From Thiotrichaceae bacterium UBA7357 (lineage in GTDB: Bacteria > Pseudomonadota > Gammaproteobacteria > Eutrophobiales > Eutrophobiaceae): DNA of 64,000 bases. Numbering within the stretch: the stretch's first letter is position 1; the number at the start of each line of letters is the position of its first letter. Below the pieces are notes generated by a model that was given only the letters and a program-made list of their open reading frames with translations, ran no database searches and was not told where the DNA came from. Both the position numbers and the translations under genes were made by a program. Shown here piece after piece: positions 10,707 through 19,999 of the stretch. The DNA lies in assembly GCA_002470825.1 (NCBI GenBank), contig DKOR01000018.1, forward strand, positions 120,482-184,481. Direction: 5' to 3'.

Positions 10707-11144
10707 TCACGTTGTATCAGAAATGTAATGCTCTAGTTGTTCAATAATAAATTCCTTTTCTGAAATTATGTTCTTGACAACATCAATAACGGACAAAAGA
10801 CCTAAAGTTTTATTATTGTCCACTACTGGCAAATGACGTATGTGGTTGTTCGACATGATAATCATACATTCATCAATCGTTTGAGATGAGTTGACTGTTT
10901 TTAAATCAGAAGTCATTATTTCACTAACATTTATTTCAGATGAACTTCTATTGTTTAAGATAACTTTTCTAGTGTAATCCCTCTCTGACATAATTCCGAC
11001 TAGATTATCGTTTTCCATGACTAGTAAGGCACCGACTTCTTTTTCATTCATCATCTTTATTGCATCAATGACGAGAGAATTTGGTGTCACCGAAAAAACA
11101 TCATTTTGTATAGTATTTAGTAGCTGGCTAACTGTCGTAGTCAT
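10707..11144 (-). CDS. CBS-pair domain protein
   Basis: 145 aa with two CBS motifs (VGALLVMEN..LVGIMSERD; HIRHLPVVDNNKTLGLLSVIDV). Divergent from the kinase gene. Confidence 0.75.
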   Translation of the reverse strand: MTTTVSQLLNTIQNDVFSVTPNSLVIDAIKMMNEKEVGALLVMENDNLVGIMSERDYTRKVILNNRSSSEINVSEIMTSDLKTVNSSQTIDECMIIMSNNHIRHLPVVDNNKTLGLLSVIDVVKNIISEKEFIIEQLEHYISDTT

Positions 11145-11351
11145 GTTTATCTCTTTTTTTCACAAAGTCGAAAATGATAGACGCGCTTGTGTTTGTATTC
11201 CAGTATAGTACGCCTGATATTGAAATCAATATAGATATATTAATATTTCGCTTTAATTTAAATTACTTTGTTAAATTTGATATATTACATTTTTGTTGTA
11301 TCGCACACTAAGTGAATTCATTTAAATTTTAAAGATAGGCATAACAATCTC

Positions 11352-12644
11352 ATGACTGACAACATGCCAGAAAAAATTGGAAAATATGAAGTTCGAAATG
11401 AGATCAATCGCGGGAGTATGGGAGTCGTTTATCTTGGACACGATCCTTACGTAAATCGACATGTTGCTTTGAAGCTCGCATTTCTAGACTCACTTAATGA
11501 ACCAGAGTTTGGTGAGCGATATCGTAAAATGTTTTTTAATGAAGCTCATACTGCTGGTTTACTAACGCACCCCAATATTATTAATATTTATGATGCTGGT
11601 GTAGATGGTGACAATTGTTATATTGTTATGGAATATATTGAAGGTGGTAATACACTTAAGCCATATTGTGATTCCAATATGTTATTACCTATCAATAAAG
11701 TCGTTGAAATAATATTTAAATGTGCAAGTGCACTTGACTACGCACATCGACAAGGGGTTGTACATAGAGATATTAAACCTTCAAATATACTTTTTACGCC
11801 CGACCAAAATGTAAAGATTGCGGATTTTAGTATTGCTCATATATATAACGCAGATTCAACGACGACACAGGTGGGTGGAATGATGGGGTCGCCAAGATAT
11901 ATGTCTCCGGAACAACTTAAAGAAGAATACATAACTAACCAGAGTGATATTTTTTCATTAGGTGTGGTCATGTATGAGTTGTTGACAGGACGACAACCAT
12001 TTGCTGCAAATAGCTTTTCAGGATTGGTAAATAGTGTATTAAATGATGAGCCGCCGCCAATGAATAACTATCGGAATAATCTGCCTGAAGCTTTAAAAGA
12101 GATCGTAAATAAAGCTTTGAACAAAGATCTTTCTAATCGCTACAAGATGGGATTAGATTTTGCTGCAGATCTTACTAAAGCATTTGATATGTTGGGGAAG
12201 CCTAGAGAAGATATTTTTGTTAAAGAAAGATTTAATGCTGTCAAAACATTAGAATTTTTTGCTGATTTTGACGACACAGAAATTTGGGAAATTTTACATG
12301 CTAGTACATGGAAAGCTTATCATACTAATGATGATATTATTGTTGAAGGAGATATAGATGATTGTTTTTATGTCATCGTTAATGGCAGTGTTGAGGTGAC
12401 GAAAAATAGATCAGTCATTCGAAGGTTGGAAAAAGGCGATTGTTTTGGTGAAATGGGTTATCTATCTAAAACTAAGCGAACTGCCACTATCAAATCACTT
12501 GATTGTACGTCGATAATGAAAATTAATTCAACAGTGATTAATCAGGCATCAATAAATTGCCAGGTACGATTTTACAAGGTTTTTTTGAGAACCTTAATAA
12601 ATCGACTATCTGAAACTACAGAAAAGATATCTCAGGAGGTCTGA
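11352..12644 (+). CDS. Eukaryotic-like Ser/Thr protein kinase fused to a C-terminal cyclic-nucleotide-binding (CAP-family) domain
   Basis: 430 aa. Hanks kinase motifs are present (GRGSMGVVY, VALK, HRDIKPSNILF, ADFSIA, SPEQ); the C-terminal ~120 aa show a cNMP-binding pattern (IIVEGDIDDCFYVIVNGSVEV..GDCFGEMGYL..RTATIKS). Confidence 0.8.
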   Translation: MTDNMPEKIGKYEVRNEINRGSMGVVYLGHDPYVNRHVALKLAFLDSLNEPEFGERYRKMFFNEAHTAGLLTHPNIINIYDAGVDGDNCYIVMEYIEGGNTLKPYCDSNMLLPINKVVEIIFKCASALDYAHRQGVVHRDIKPSNILFTPDQNVKIADFSIAHIYNADSTTTQVGGMMGSPRYMSPEQLKEEYITNQSDIFSLGVVMYELLTGRQPFAANSFSGLVNSVLNDEPPPMNNYRNNLPEALKEIVNKALNKDLSNRYKMGLDFAADLTKAFDMLGKPREDIFVKERFNAVKTLEFFADFDDTEIWEILHASTWKAYHTNDDIIVEGDIDDCFYVIVNGSVEVTKNRSVIRRLEKGDCFGEMGYLSKTKRTATIKSLDCTSIMKINSTVINQASINCQVRFYKVFLRTLINRLSETTEKISQEV

Positions 12645-12962
12645 TTAATATCAGGGTATTAGGGGATAATGGGACAATATAGAATTAATTTATTGGATAT
12701 CCTTTATATGGAGGGTTCCAATGCTTGTAATGTGATTTAATAAAACATCTTATTTAATTGGACAATAATTTCTCATATGTTGGTTAAAGATATTAACTTT
12801 TAAATGAGCATGCAGTTAGAAGTTATTGTTGAAAATAGTAAAAATTAAAAACCTAAAACTTATAGGCTGAGAATGCTAAAGAAGATATAATATTCTTGAT
12901 GTTTCAAGTAATAACGAAATATATATATAACTTATATTACCTGTGTAAAGTATTAAATTTAG

Positions 12963-13036
12963 TGTCCCCAACAGGAGTCGAACCTGTAATCTACTCCTTA
13001 GGAGGGAGTTGCGTTATCCAATTACGCTATGGGGAC
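12963..13036 (-). tRNA. tRNA-Arg (anticodon CCU)
   Basis: 74-nt cloverleaf read by hand: GTCCCCA / GCGT..ACGC / ACTCC-CTCCTAA-GGAGT / ACAGG-TTCGACT-CCTGT / TGGGGAC-A. CCA is not encoded. Confidence 0.9.
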
Positions 13037-13061
13037 ATATGAAGTATATCCACACTCTAAT

Positions 13062-13093
13062 TTTAGCCATACTTTAGTTGCGCATCCAGTGTT
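13062..13093 (-). promoter_or_regulatory. Candidate sigma70 promoter for tRNA-Arg (TTGACA -35 with a weak -10)
   Basis: The reverse strand shows TTGACA, then an 18-20 nt spacer, then actaaa/TAAAGT about 25 nt upstream of the tRNA 5' end. Sequence inspection only. Confidence 0.25.
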
Positions 13094-13296
13094 ATCTGTC
13101 AATTAAGCTACTCAAGATCCTTATAATTCTACAAGTATATAAATAATACAATATACTAAAAGAAACAGGTCATAGTTTAAATCACGAATCAGGATTGGAT
13201 GGTTATATTCAACTCAGCTAATAATGTATTTTACTTTCATCATGATTATTATTTTGAAATGGTAAAGTAATCAAAATCAACAAAGGCATAACAAAT

Positions 13297-14259
13297 ATGT
13301 ACGATACATCATCTTTACTCAATCAAAGAAAATTTCCAATGATTAAGCGAAAGAGCCTAACTACGCTACAAATCAATATTGGCTTGAAGTGTAATCAGCA
13401 GTGTTTTCATTGCCATGTTAATTCGAGCCCCAAAAGAAAAGAAAAAATGTCTAATGCCACTATTAAGGCAATTAAGCTATTTCTAAAAAATAATAATATT
13501 GAATCACTTGATATCACTGGTGGTGCGCCAGAACTTCACTCAGAATTCAGATCTCTTATAAAATATGCGCGTGAAAATGATGTGCATGTTATAGATCGGT
13601 GTAATCTGACTATTTTAGAAGAGCCAGGGATGGAATACCTTGCGCAATTTTTAGCAGATTATGAAGTAGAAATTATAGCTTCTCTACCTTGCTATGAACT
13701 AGAAAATGTTGATAAACAACGAGGTGTAGGTGTGTTTGAGAAAAGTATCAGGGGTTTGAAAAAATTGAATAAAGTAGGTTATGGACATTCAAATTTGGAG
13801 TTACCTTTGAATTTAGTATTTAATCCTCAGGGGGCAGCATTGCCACCACCACAAGATTATCTGGAACGAACTTATAAAAAAGAATTATTGGAGAGGCATG
13901 GAATTAAATTCAATAAACTTTTTACATTATGTAATATGCCAATAAACAGATTTGGAAGTACCTTGGTATCCAAAAATCAATTAGATGACTATATGAGAAT
14001 GCTTACGGGTTCGCATAGGGAAGAGAATCTAAGAGATGTGATGTGTCGTAGTTTAATCAGTGTTGACTGGCAAGGTTATGTATATGATTGTGATTTTAAT
14101 CAAATGTTGAATATAAATTTAAATGATGCCGAAGAAAAAATATCGATTTCTGATTTGGTTGGTAATGATATTGAAGGTGATATAATTGCAGTGCGGGATC
14201 ATTGTTATGGTTGTACGGCAGGGCAAGGTAGTAGCTGTAGCGGTGCATTAACTGCTTGA
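13297..14259 (+). CDS. Radical SAM / C-terminal Cys-rich domain protein, ArsS-like (TIGR04167-type rSAM/selenodomain protein, Cys version)
   Basis: 320 aa with an N-terminal CNQQCFHC (CX3CX2C), the ITGGAPELH glycine-rich motif and a C-terminal Cys cluster CYGCTAGQGSSCSG. Immediately followed by its two usual partner transferases. Confidence 0.75.
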   Translation: MYDTSSLLNQRKFPMIKRKSLTTLQINIGLKCNQQCFHCHVNSSPKRKEKMSNATIKAIKLFLKNNNIESLDITGGAPELHSEFRSLIKYARENDVHVIDRCNLTILEEPGMEYLAQFLADYEVEIIASLPCYELENVDKQRGVGVFEKSIRGLKKLNKVGYGHSNLELPLNLVFNPQGAALPPPQDYLERTYKKELLERHGIKFNKLFTLCNMPINRFGSTLVSKNQLDDYMRMLTGSHREENLRDVMCRSLISVDWQGYVYDCDFNQMLNINLNDAEEKISISDLVGNDIEGDIIAVRDHCYGCTAGQGSSCSGALTA

Positions 14260-14265
14260 GATTAT

Positions 14266-14946
14266 ATGCAAAAAAAAATATCTATTATAATCCCAACACT
14301 AAATGAAGCCGACCAAGTTGAACGACAGCTGGCTAAGCTTCAGACGTTACGGAAAAATGGTCATGAGGTGATTTTAGTAGATGGTGGCAGTATTGATGGT
14401 ACAGTTTCATTAGTAATATCATTATGTGATCAAGTTTATGAGTCTCAACGATCACGCTCAATTCAAATGAACTATGGAGCAAGAAAAGCGACGGGAAAAT
14501 GTTACGTATTTTTACATGCTGATACAATTCTTCCAGATGACATTATTCAGTTTTTGTTGAAGATTAATAATATTGAAGAAAAATGGGGCAGGTTCGATAT
14601 AAGTCTGTCAGGAAGACACTGGCTATTCCGTGTTATTGAGTCATTTATTAATTGTCGATCAAGTTTTACAGGTATTGTTACAGGTGATCAGGTTATTTTT
14701 ATTGGAGAGGAATTGTTTTCCAGAGTGGGAGGATATCCAGAAATAGCTTTAATGGAAGATATTGCTATATCTAGTTTGTTGATTAAATTTTCAAAGCCAA
14801 TTCGAACTAGAAAAAAGGTAATCAGTTCTAGTCGACGTTGGGAAAAAAATGGAATATTTAAAACAATTATAACAATGTGGATATTAAGATTATTATATTT
14901 CTTTGATTATGATATTAATAAAATAGCAAGATACTATGGAAAATGA
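14266..14946 (+). CDS. Family 2 glycosyltransferase (rSAM/selenodomain-associated transferase 2, TIGR04283-like)
   Basis: 226 aa with the ISIIIPTLNE...VILVDGGSIDGT GT2 N-terminus. Starts 6 nt after the rSAM stop and overlaps the next gene by 11 nt. Confidence 0.75.
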   Translation: MQKKISIIIPTLNEADQVERQLAKLQTLRKNGHEVILVDGGSIDGTVSLVISLCDQVYESQRSRSIQMNYGARKATGKCYVFLHADTILPDDIIQFLLKINNIEEKWGRFDISLSGRHWLFRVIESFINCRSSFTGIVTGDQVIFIGEELFSRVGGYPEIALMEDIAISSLLIKFSKPIRTRKKVISSSRRWEKNGIFKTIITMWILRLLYFFDYDINKIARYYGK

Positions 14947-15580
14947 ATTTTCTAGAGGAGCTCTCTTAATCTTTACAAAAGCACCTGTGCGCGGACATGT
15001 TAAAACACGATTAATCCCAAGCATTGGTCTAGAGCATGCTACTTCGATATATCAAGAAATTTTAACAAAGACGCTAAGCACGGCAAGAAAATCTAATTTT
15101 TCTTCTATACAGGTATGGGTTGATGGTGGGGTTGAGCATGCTTATTTTAAGCGTTTAAAAAGTAGGCATAAGGTTAAATTTTACAAACAGAAAGGTAAGG
15201 ATTTAGGAGTACGAATGATGAACGCCTTTAAAATTGCTTTACGTCAATATTCTCATGCTGTTTTAATTGGTGGAGACTGTCCTTCATTAGAATATTTAGA
15301 TTTAATAATGGCAAGTGACTATCTTAAGAACAATACAGATGTAGTCTTAGGCCCTGCAATTGATGGCGGTTACTATTTGATAGGTTTAAATAAAAACAAT
15401 GCTCAAATATTCACAAATGTAAAATGGGGTAAAAGCGGAGTGTTTGCTCACACTTGTGAAAATATAAGTGCTCTAGGCTTGAAGCTTGACTTGTTGCCAG
15501 AGCGTTGGGATGTTGACCGAACTGTTGATTTACTACCTTACTTCAAGATGAAACGAAAAAACGCCACTCTTTACTACTAA
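14936..15580 (+). CDS. DUF2064 / MobA-like nucleotidyltransferase-fold protein (rSAM/selenodomain-associated transferase 1, TIGR04282-like)
   Basis: 214 aa with LIFTKAPVRGHVKTRL...DLGVRMMNAF...LIGGDCP...GPAIDGGYYLIG. The G-x-D-x-P and DGGY motifs are typical of the DUF2064 family. Confidence 0.65.
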   Translation: MENEFSRGALLIFTKAPVRGHVKTRLIPSIGLEHATSIYQEILTKTLSTARKSNFSSIQVWVDGGVEHAYFKRLKSRHKVKFYKQKGKDLGVRMMNAFKIALRQYSHAVLIGGDCPSLEYLDLIMASDYLKNNTDVVLGPAIDGGYYLIGLNKNNAQIFTNVKWGKSGVFAHTCENISALGLKLDLLPERWDVDRTVDLLPYFKMKRKNATLYY

Positions 15581-15853
15581 ACAACAAACCTGTTTCGACA
15601 AGTGTCAGTGAAATGACAGAATGTTGAGTCTGTTCTTCATTTGTGTGGTCATCAGTATTTGATGTTTATGGTGAATCTCAATGTCAAGATTAACGATTAA
15701 ATCAATTAGTAAATAGGTCATATTTGATGTGAATGCCCTACACTTTTAGCAGATAAATAGTTTCTATAAGAACCAATACTCAAGTTTATTTTAACTTTCT
15801 GTAACGCATTGCGTAGACATACTTTATTCTATAATCTCCGATACGGTAGAGAA

Positions 15854-15944
15854 GGAGAGGTGTCCGAGTGGTTTAAGGAGCACGCTTGGAAAGCGTGTAT
15901 ACGTTAATAGCGTATCGAGGGTTCGAATCCCTCTCTCTCCGCCA
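15854..15944 (+). tRNA. tRNA-Ser (anticodon GGA), type II with long variable arm; CCA encoded
   Basis: GGAGAGG acceptor, anticodon arm CACGC-TTGGAAA-GCGTG, variable arm ATACG..CGTAT, T-arm GAGGG-TTCGAAT-CCCTC, then TCTCTCC-G-CCA. The six-frame ORF 15824..16138 (-) overlapping it is spurious. Confidence 0.9.
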
Positions 15945-16227
15945 TTACTATGAATAAACCATAAACTTTCATTATACATACCCAAAGGCATACTCCAAAT
16001 AATTAACTGTAGTTTGTGTATTGTTATATTGAGTAACGTGTTTGTGCCGTGAAAAATAATTGGTCTAGTCGAAAAATCGACTTCTGCTAACCACACCTCC
16101 GGGATCCCCCCGTGTTCTGAAAAACGCATAGGCACCATCTACATAGCATTTTGGATGGGTGATTTTAGTTTTTGTACATCTGCTTACTATGATAGTTTTA
16201 GAATGAGAAAGACAAATATTAGGACCA

Positions 16228-17319
16228 CTATAATTTTGTATTTTTTATACGAATAATACAGTCAATTGTAGCATGCTGGAAATCCATAAATTCATTCGGT
16301 TTACATCCAATAACTTTTGGATCAAATGACCCCAAAACATCAATTTCTAATTGGTTGGCTAATTTCCTTATTAAAGGCTCGACGACTTCCATTGTTAGTC
16401 TGTTTTTCGAATTAATGTTAGCCCATACATTTGGATGGTAGGGAGTAAGAAGAAAAACTGGAGTAACACCTTTGTTAATTAGAGAGCGTATGTGTCTACG
16501 ATATAGATCTAATGCATTAAGATCATAGTATGTGCCTTCCGTAAGATATGTTGGTTCTATCAACGGGATTGGAAAAACTTTCGAATTATCTATTTTTTTT
16601 GCAGAATAGATGATACTTCCATCAGGTAACAAAACAGAGTCTTCTAATCCAACCTCTTCGTCAAAAGAAGGAGCATCCTTGATTGATTCTTTGCCATTAG
16701 CGGCCAAAAACATTGCTTTTTTTATAGATCGAATCGTATATTCAAGACTTAATAGATTTGATAGTTTAGCACTGTTGAACTTGTCAGAGTTTGTCGTGAG
16801 TGTATCAACCTGTTCCAACTCCTTCAATGCATTCATATATACATCTGGGTACGCATTCTGCCAAGCTAAGCCTTTACCAATATGGAATACCCAAGGATCT
16901 ATACAAAAAATAATTTTATTTGGTTTTTGATTAGAGTTGGTAGCAGCAAAGGAAAGTGCAATATGATCTTCAAGTAGAGCACCAGAAACTGCGAGATTAA
17001 AAATCTTTTCGCACATTTCTGCCAAGGAACTTTTTTTTCGAAAACTACTCAATTGCATTGCGTGGCTGCTACCAATTATCACGCAGTCAACTTCACCAAC
17101 TGATTGCGCTAATTCAATCTTAATCTTTCGATCATTCCATGAATGAGATTTGAAAAATAAGCCATGATGAGATTGTATCAATCTATTAGCGTATTCCTTC
17201 GAGCTATTACTGGATACCCTGTAAATTCCTGCAGGGTCATACACAATGTTGACTGAAACAGCTGCGGACAACACTAATGTAGCAAACAATCCTAATATTA
17301 TCAGATAGCGTTTCGACAT
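16228..17319 (-). CDS. Periplasmic SGNH-like O-acyltransferase partner protein (AlgJ/AlgX/DltD/PatB-like)
   Basis: 363 aa with an N-terminal signal anchor, a GSSH (GDS-like) motif at VIIGSSHAMQ and a C-terminal DFQH. Immediately downstream of the MBOAT gene, 3-nt gap. Confidence 0.5.
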   Translation of the reverse strand: MSKRYLIILGLFATLVLSAAVSVNIVYDPAGIYRVSSNSSKEYANRLIQSHHGLFFKSHSWNDRKIKIELAQSVGEVDCVIIGSSHAMQLSSFRKKSSLAEMCEKIFNLAVSGALLEDHIALSFAATNSNQKPNKIIFCIDPWVFHIGKGLAWQNAYPDVYMNALKELEQVDTLTTNSDKFNSAKLSNLLSLEYTIRSIKKAMFLAANGKESIKDAPSFDEEVGLEDSVLLPDGSIIYSAKKIDNSKVFPIPLIEPTYLTEGTYYDLNALDLYRRHIRSLINKGVTPVFLLTPYHPNVWANINSKNRLTMEVVEPLIRKLANQLEIDVLGSFDPKVIGCKPNEFMDFQHATIDCIIRIKNTKL

Positions 17320-17322
17320 TGT

Positions 17323-18867
17323 TCAGAACTGAAAATATAGGAATTGGCTCGTCTTTTTAAGATTCAGCAAAGCAAATCCTAAAACAAGCCCAGCCATTAC
17401 TGCCCATACCTTGGTAGGACGCCAACTCAACCAACTTATCTGACGCTCATTCCGACTTGAGTCCAATGCAAGTGAGTAATGGGTGAGCCATTGCTGAACA
17501 TTGGGCAATATCCAGACAACAAATAACCCTCCAACAAGCCAACAGATAGTAACCTTTCCAGCACCACCACCTATTAATGGGGCCAAACCATTAAAAATGA
17601 TGTAATCGCTCCGTACCATGTGGCTCAGGAATGGGTAAAACTGATTGGGTAAACTAATCCCATTCAGCCCTATCATGCCCGATAAAATACTCATTGCTGC
17701 ATCCATATTTTCCGCACGGAAAAACACCCATGCAGCCGTTACCGCTATAAAAGTCAAAAAAATCATAAATATATGGGCAAATTTTCCTAATGGCACGGCG
17801 CTTGTTCCAATCAGTGTACGCCAACTATGGTTGAGCACTAAGTACGCACCGTGCAACCCTCCCCAAATAATGAAATTCCACCCAGCACCGTGCCATAAAC
17901 CGCCTAGAAGCATGGTTGCCATTATATTCCGATAGCGGATGAATTTACCATGACGGTTGCCCCCGAGAGGTATGTAGAGATATTCTCGTAAGAATGCGGA
18001 CAATGTTATGTGCCAACGCCGCCAGAAATCAATAATATTTGAAGCTTTGTAAGGTGAATTGAAGTTCAGCGGAAGACGAATATTGAACATGCGCGATAAA
18101 CCTATAGCCATATCCGAATATCCTGAAAAATCGAAATACAATTGCAGGGAGTAAGCTAGTGCCCCAAACCAAGCTTCAAAAAACATTGACTGCTCACCAC
18201 TAGCAGCGCCATTAAAAACCGGTGTGGCATATAAGGCGAACTGGTCTGCAAGTACAACTTTTTTGAATAACCCAACAGCAAAAATTGTAATGCCAATAGC
18301 CAAATGATCATAATTTAGTTTATATACCCAATCTTTTGCAAACTGAGGCATCATTTCCTTATGGTGGACAATCGGGCCAGCAATTAACTGAGGAAAGAAA
18401 GTGACAAATAAACAATAATGCAGAAAATTATATTCTCTTGTTTTTCCTTTATATGCATCGACTAAATAAGCTATTTGCTGAAAGGTAAAAAAAGAAATTG
18501 CCAAAGGTAAAATAATGGTCTTTAAATTAAAGTCTAATCCAATTGCCAGGTTCAAATTATCTACAAAAAAATTGGCGTATTTAAAATAACCGAGAAGTAC
18601 AATATTCCCAGAAATCCCAATAAAAAGTAATGATTTCTCATGGGACCAGACCTTCTTTACTAACATCACTCCAATCGAATAATTAAACAGAATCGAGAAT
18701 AGTATTAATCCAAGATAAGCAGGATTCCACCATCCATAAAAAAAAAGTGAGGCACCCACTAACCAAGAAATAGCAATTCTATGATGCCCTTTCTTGCCAA
18801 TCATAAAAAAGCCAATCAATGTAAATGGTAAAAATAGAAAGATGAATGCGTAAGAGTTGAAAAGCAT
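17323..18867 (-). CDS. MBOAT-family membrane-bound O-acyltransferase (AlgI/DltB/PatA-like)
   Basis: Start taken at MLFNSYAFIFLFLPF (ATG at 18867..18865), which is the typical AlgI/DltB N-terminus; the ORF is open further upstream to 18984. MBOAT signature WRRWHITLSAFLREYLYIPLGG plus an invariant His. Confidence 0.85.
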   Translation of the reverse strand: MLFNSYAFIFLFLPFTLIGFFMIGKKGHHRIAISWLVGASLFFYGWWNPAYLGLILFSILFNYSIGVMLVKKVWSHEKSLLFIGISGNIVLLGYFKYANFFVDNLNLAIGLDFNLKTIILPLAISFFTFQQIAYLVDAYKGKTREYNFLHYCLFVTFFPQLIAGPIVHHKEMMPQFAKDWVYKLNYDHLAIGITIFAVGLFKKVVLADQFALYATPVFNGAASGEQSMFFEAWFGALAYSLQLYFDFSGYSDMAIGLSRMFNIRLPLNFNSPYKASNIIDFWRRWHITLSAFLREYLYIPLGGNRHGKFIRYRNIMATMLLGGLWHGAGWNFIIWGGLHGAYLVLNHSWRTLIGTSAVPLGKFAHIFMIFLTFIAVTAAWVFFRAENMDAAMSILSGMIGLNGISLPNQFYPFLSHMVRSDYIIFNGLAPLIGGGAGKVTICWLVGGLFVVWILPNVQQWLTHYSLALDSSRNERQISWLSWRPTKVWAVMAGLVLGFALLNLKKTSQFLYFQF

Positions 18868-19999
18868 ATTTTTATTATATCTAACGACCTCTAAATTGTA
18901 ACGCAACATCTTTCGGTATGAAAAAAATAAGAAGTGAAGTGTTGAATAATGGAACACTATGCGTATTTTGATAGTAAGGAACATACTTCATAGGAACTAA
19001 GACTCAGAAGGATGGGTACTAACTGATTTAGAAATGGACCATCTTTTTGGTAAGGATTTAGTTCTCTCAGTTTTACTGAAAACATCTCTTGCTGCTGTGA
19101 CTGTTGTAAATAACAATTAGCTTAATCTAGCTGTATTGCCAATAAGTTACTATAACGATGAAGAGCTGTTTTTTGTAAATTAATTCTGTAGCTTATGTTG
19201 GATTGTAAGCTTCTTAATCGCTTTACTTCCTCGAGTCTTTTCGTTATCTATTACGACATATGTAAAGGACATACCAGAAAAAATATTTCTTGAAATAGCA
19301 TTCAATTTAGATTTACCAGCAATGAAAGTTCTTCATTTTTTTGTAGATAAATATCAATCCGTCTTTACACACAGAAGACATAAATGGTTAAGAAGAGGTA
19401 TAAAAGTATATGCAGAGGTATTTATGGCACTTTTACATAAAAAATATCTGAGTTGGCTTATCTATAATAGTTAAGAAAAGTGATGTTCTTTCTAAGGTGC
19501 CAACATAAAACGTATCCTGAGAATCAAGGTAACTAGGATGTGCTGTTTCTATCCTCAGAATTATTCTCTAAGAGTAATCCATTTCCTGTTCTTGAGTGTA
19601 GTAAAATTTGTCGATATGTCGTAACATTTTGATGTAATAAAATTATACAGATTGTGTAACAGAAGGTTGTCTAAATTAGGTGAGATTCCCTATATTTTCT
19701 CAATTTTAGCGAAATTAATAGAGATACTGGATAACTCTAGACTGTAACCACTGCCATATTCTGTATGCGACTAATTGAATAAAATTATATTTCTAGATTT
19801 AGATAATGATCCTATATTTGATATTCAGATACTATATGAATATAGAGTAACTGTGATTTGTAATGAACGCAGATTCAATTATATTATAAATATTAAGATG
19901 CTGGGTCGATTATTCTAATGAGATAAAAGGATTTACTGCTATACATTACGTATAAAGGCTTTTTCGATAACTTCATCAATTATAAATTTACTTCACACA

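Noticed and set aside
14257-14268. The rSAM gene and the following GT2 gene are in the same reading frame, separated only by TGA-GAT-TAT before the GT ATG. Could this be a selenocysteine codon or read-through fusion, given that relatives of this rSAM family are selenoproteins?
   Set aside because: In known family members the Sec lies inside the C-terminal Cys-rich motif, not at the stop position; here that motif already contains Cys. There is no SECIS-like hairpin immediately 3' of the TGA, and no evidence of selA/selB in the window. A same-frame neighbour occurs about one time in three by chance.
15824-16138. Six-frame ORF (104 aa) on the minus strand.
   Set aside because: It overlaps the tRNA-Ser gene and its flanks, and its low-complexity translation has no start context. 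Spurious.
19511-19565. Near-repeat TATCCTGAGAAT ... TATCCTCAGAAT that looked like a hairpin or short repeat unit inside the ORF-free tract.
   Set aside because: The two copies are direct, not inverted, and differ at the central base. There is no array structure, no CRISPR-like spacing and no flanking conserved repeats.
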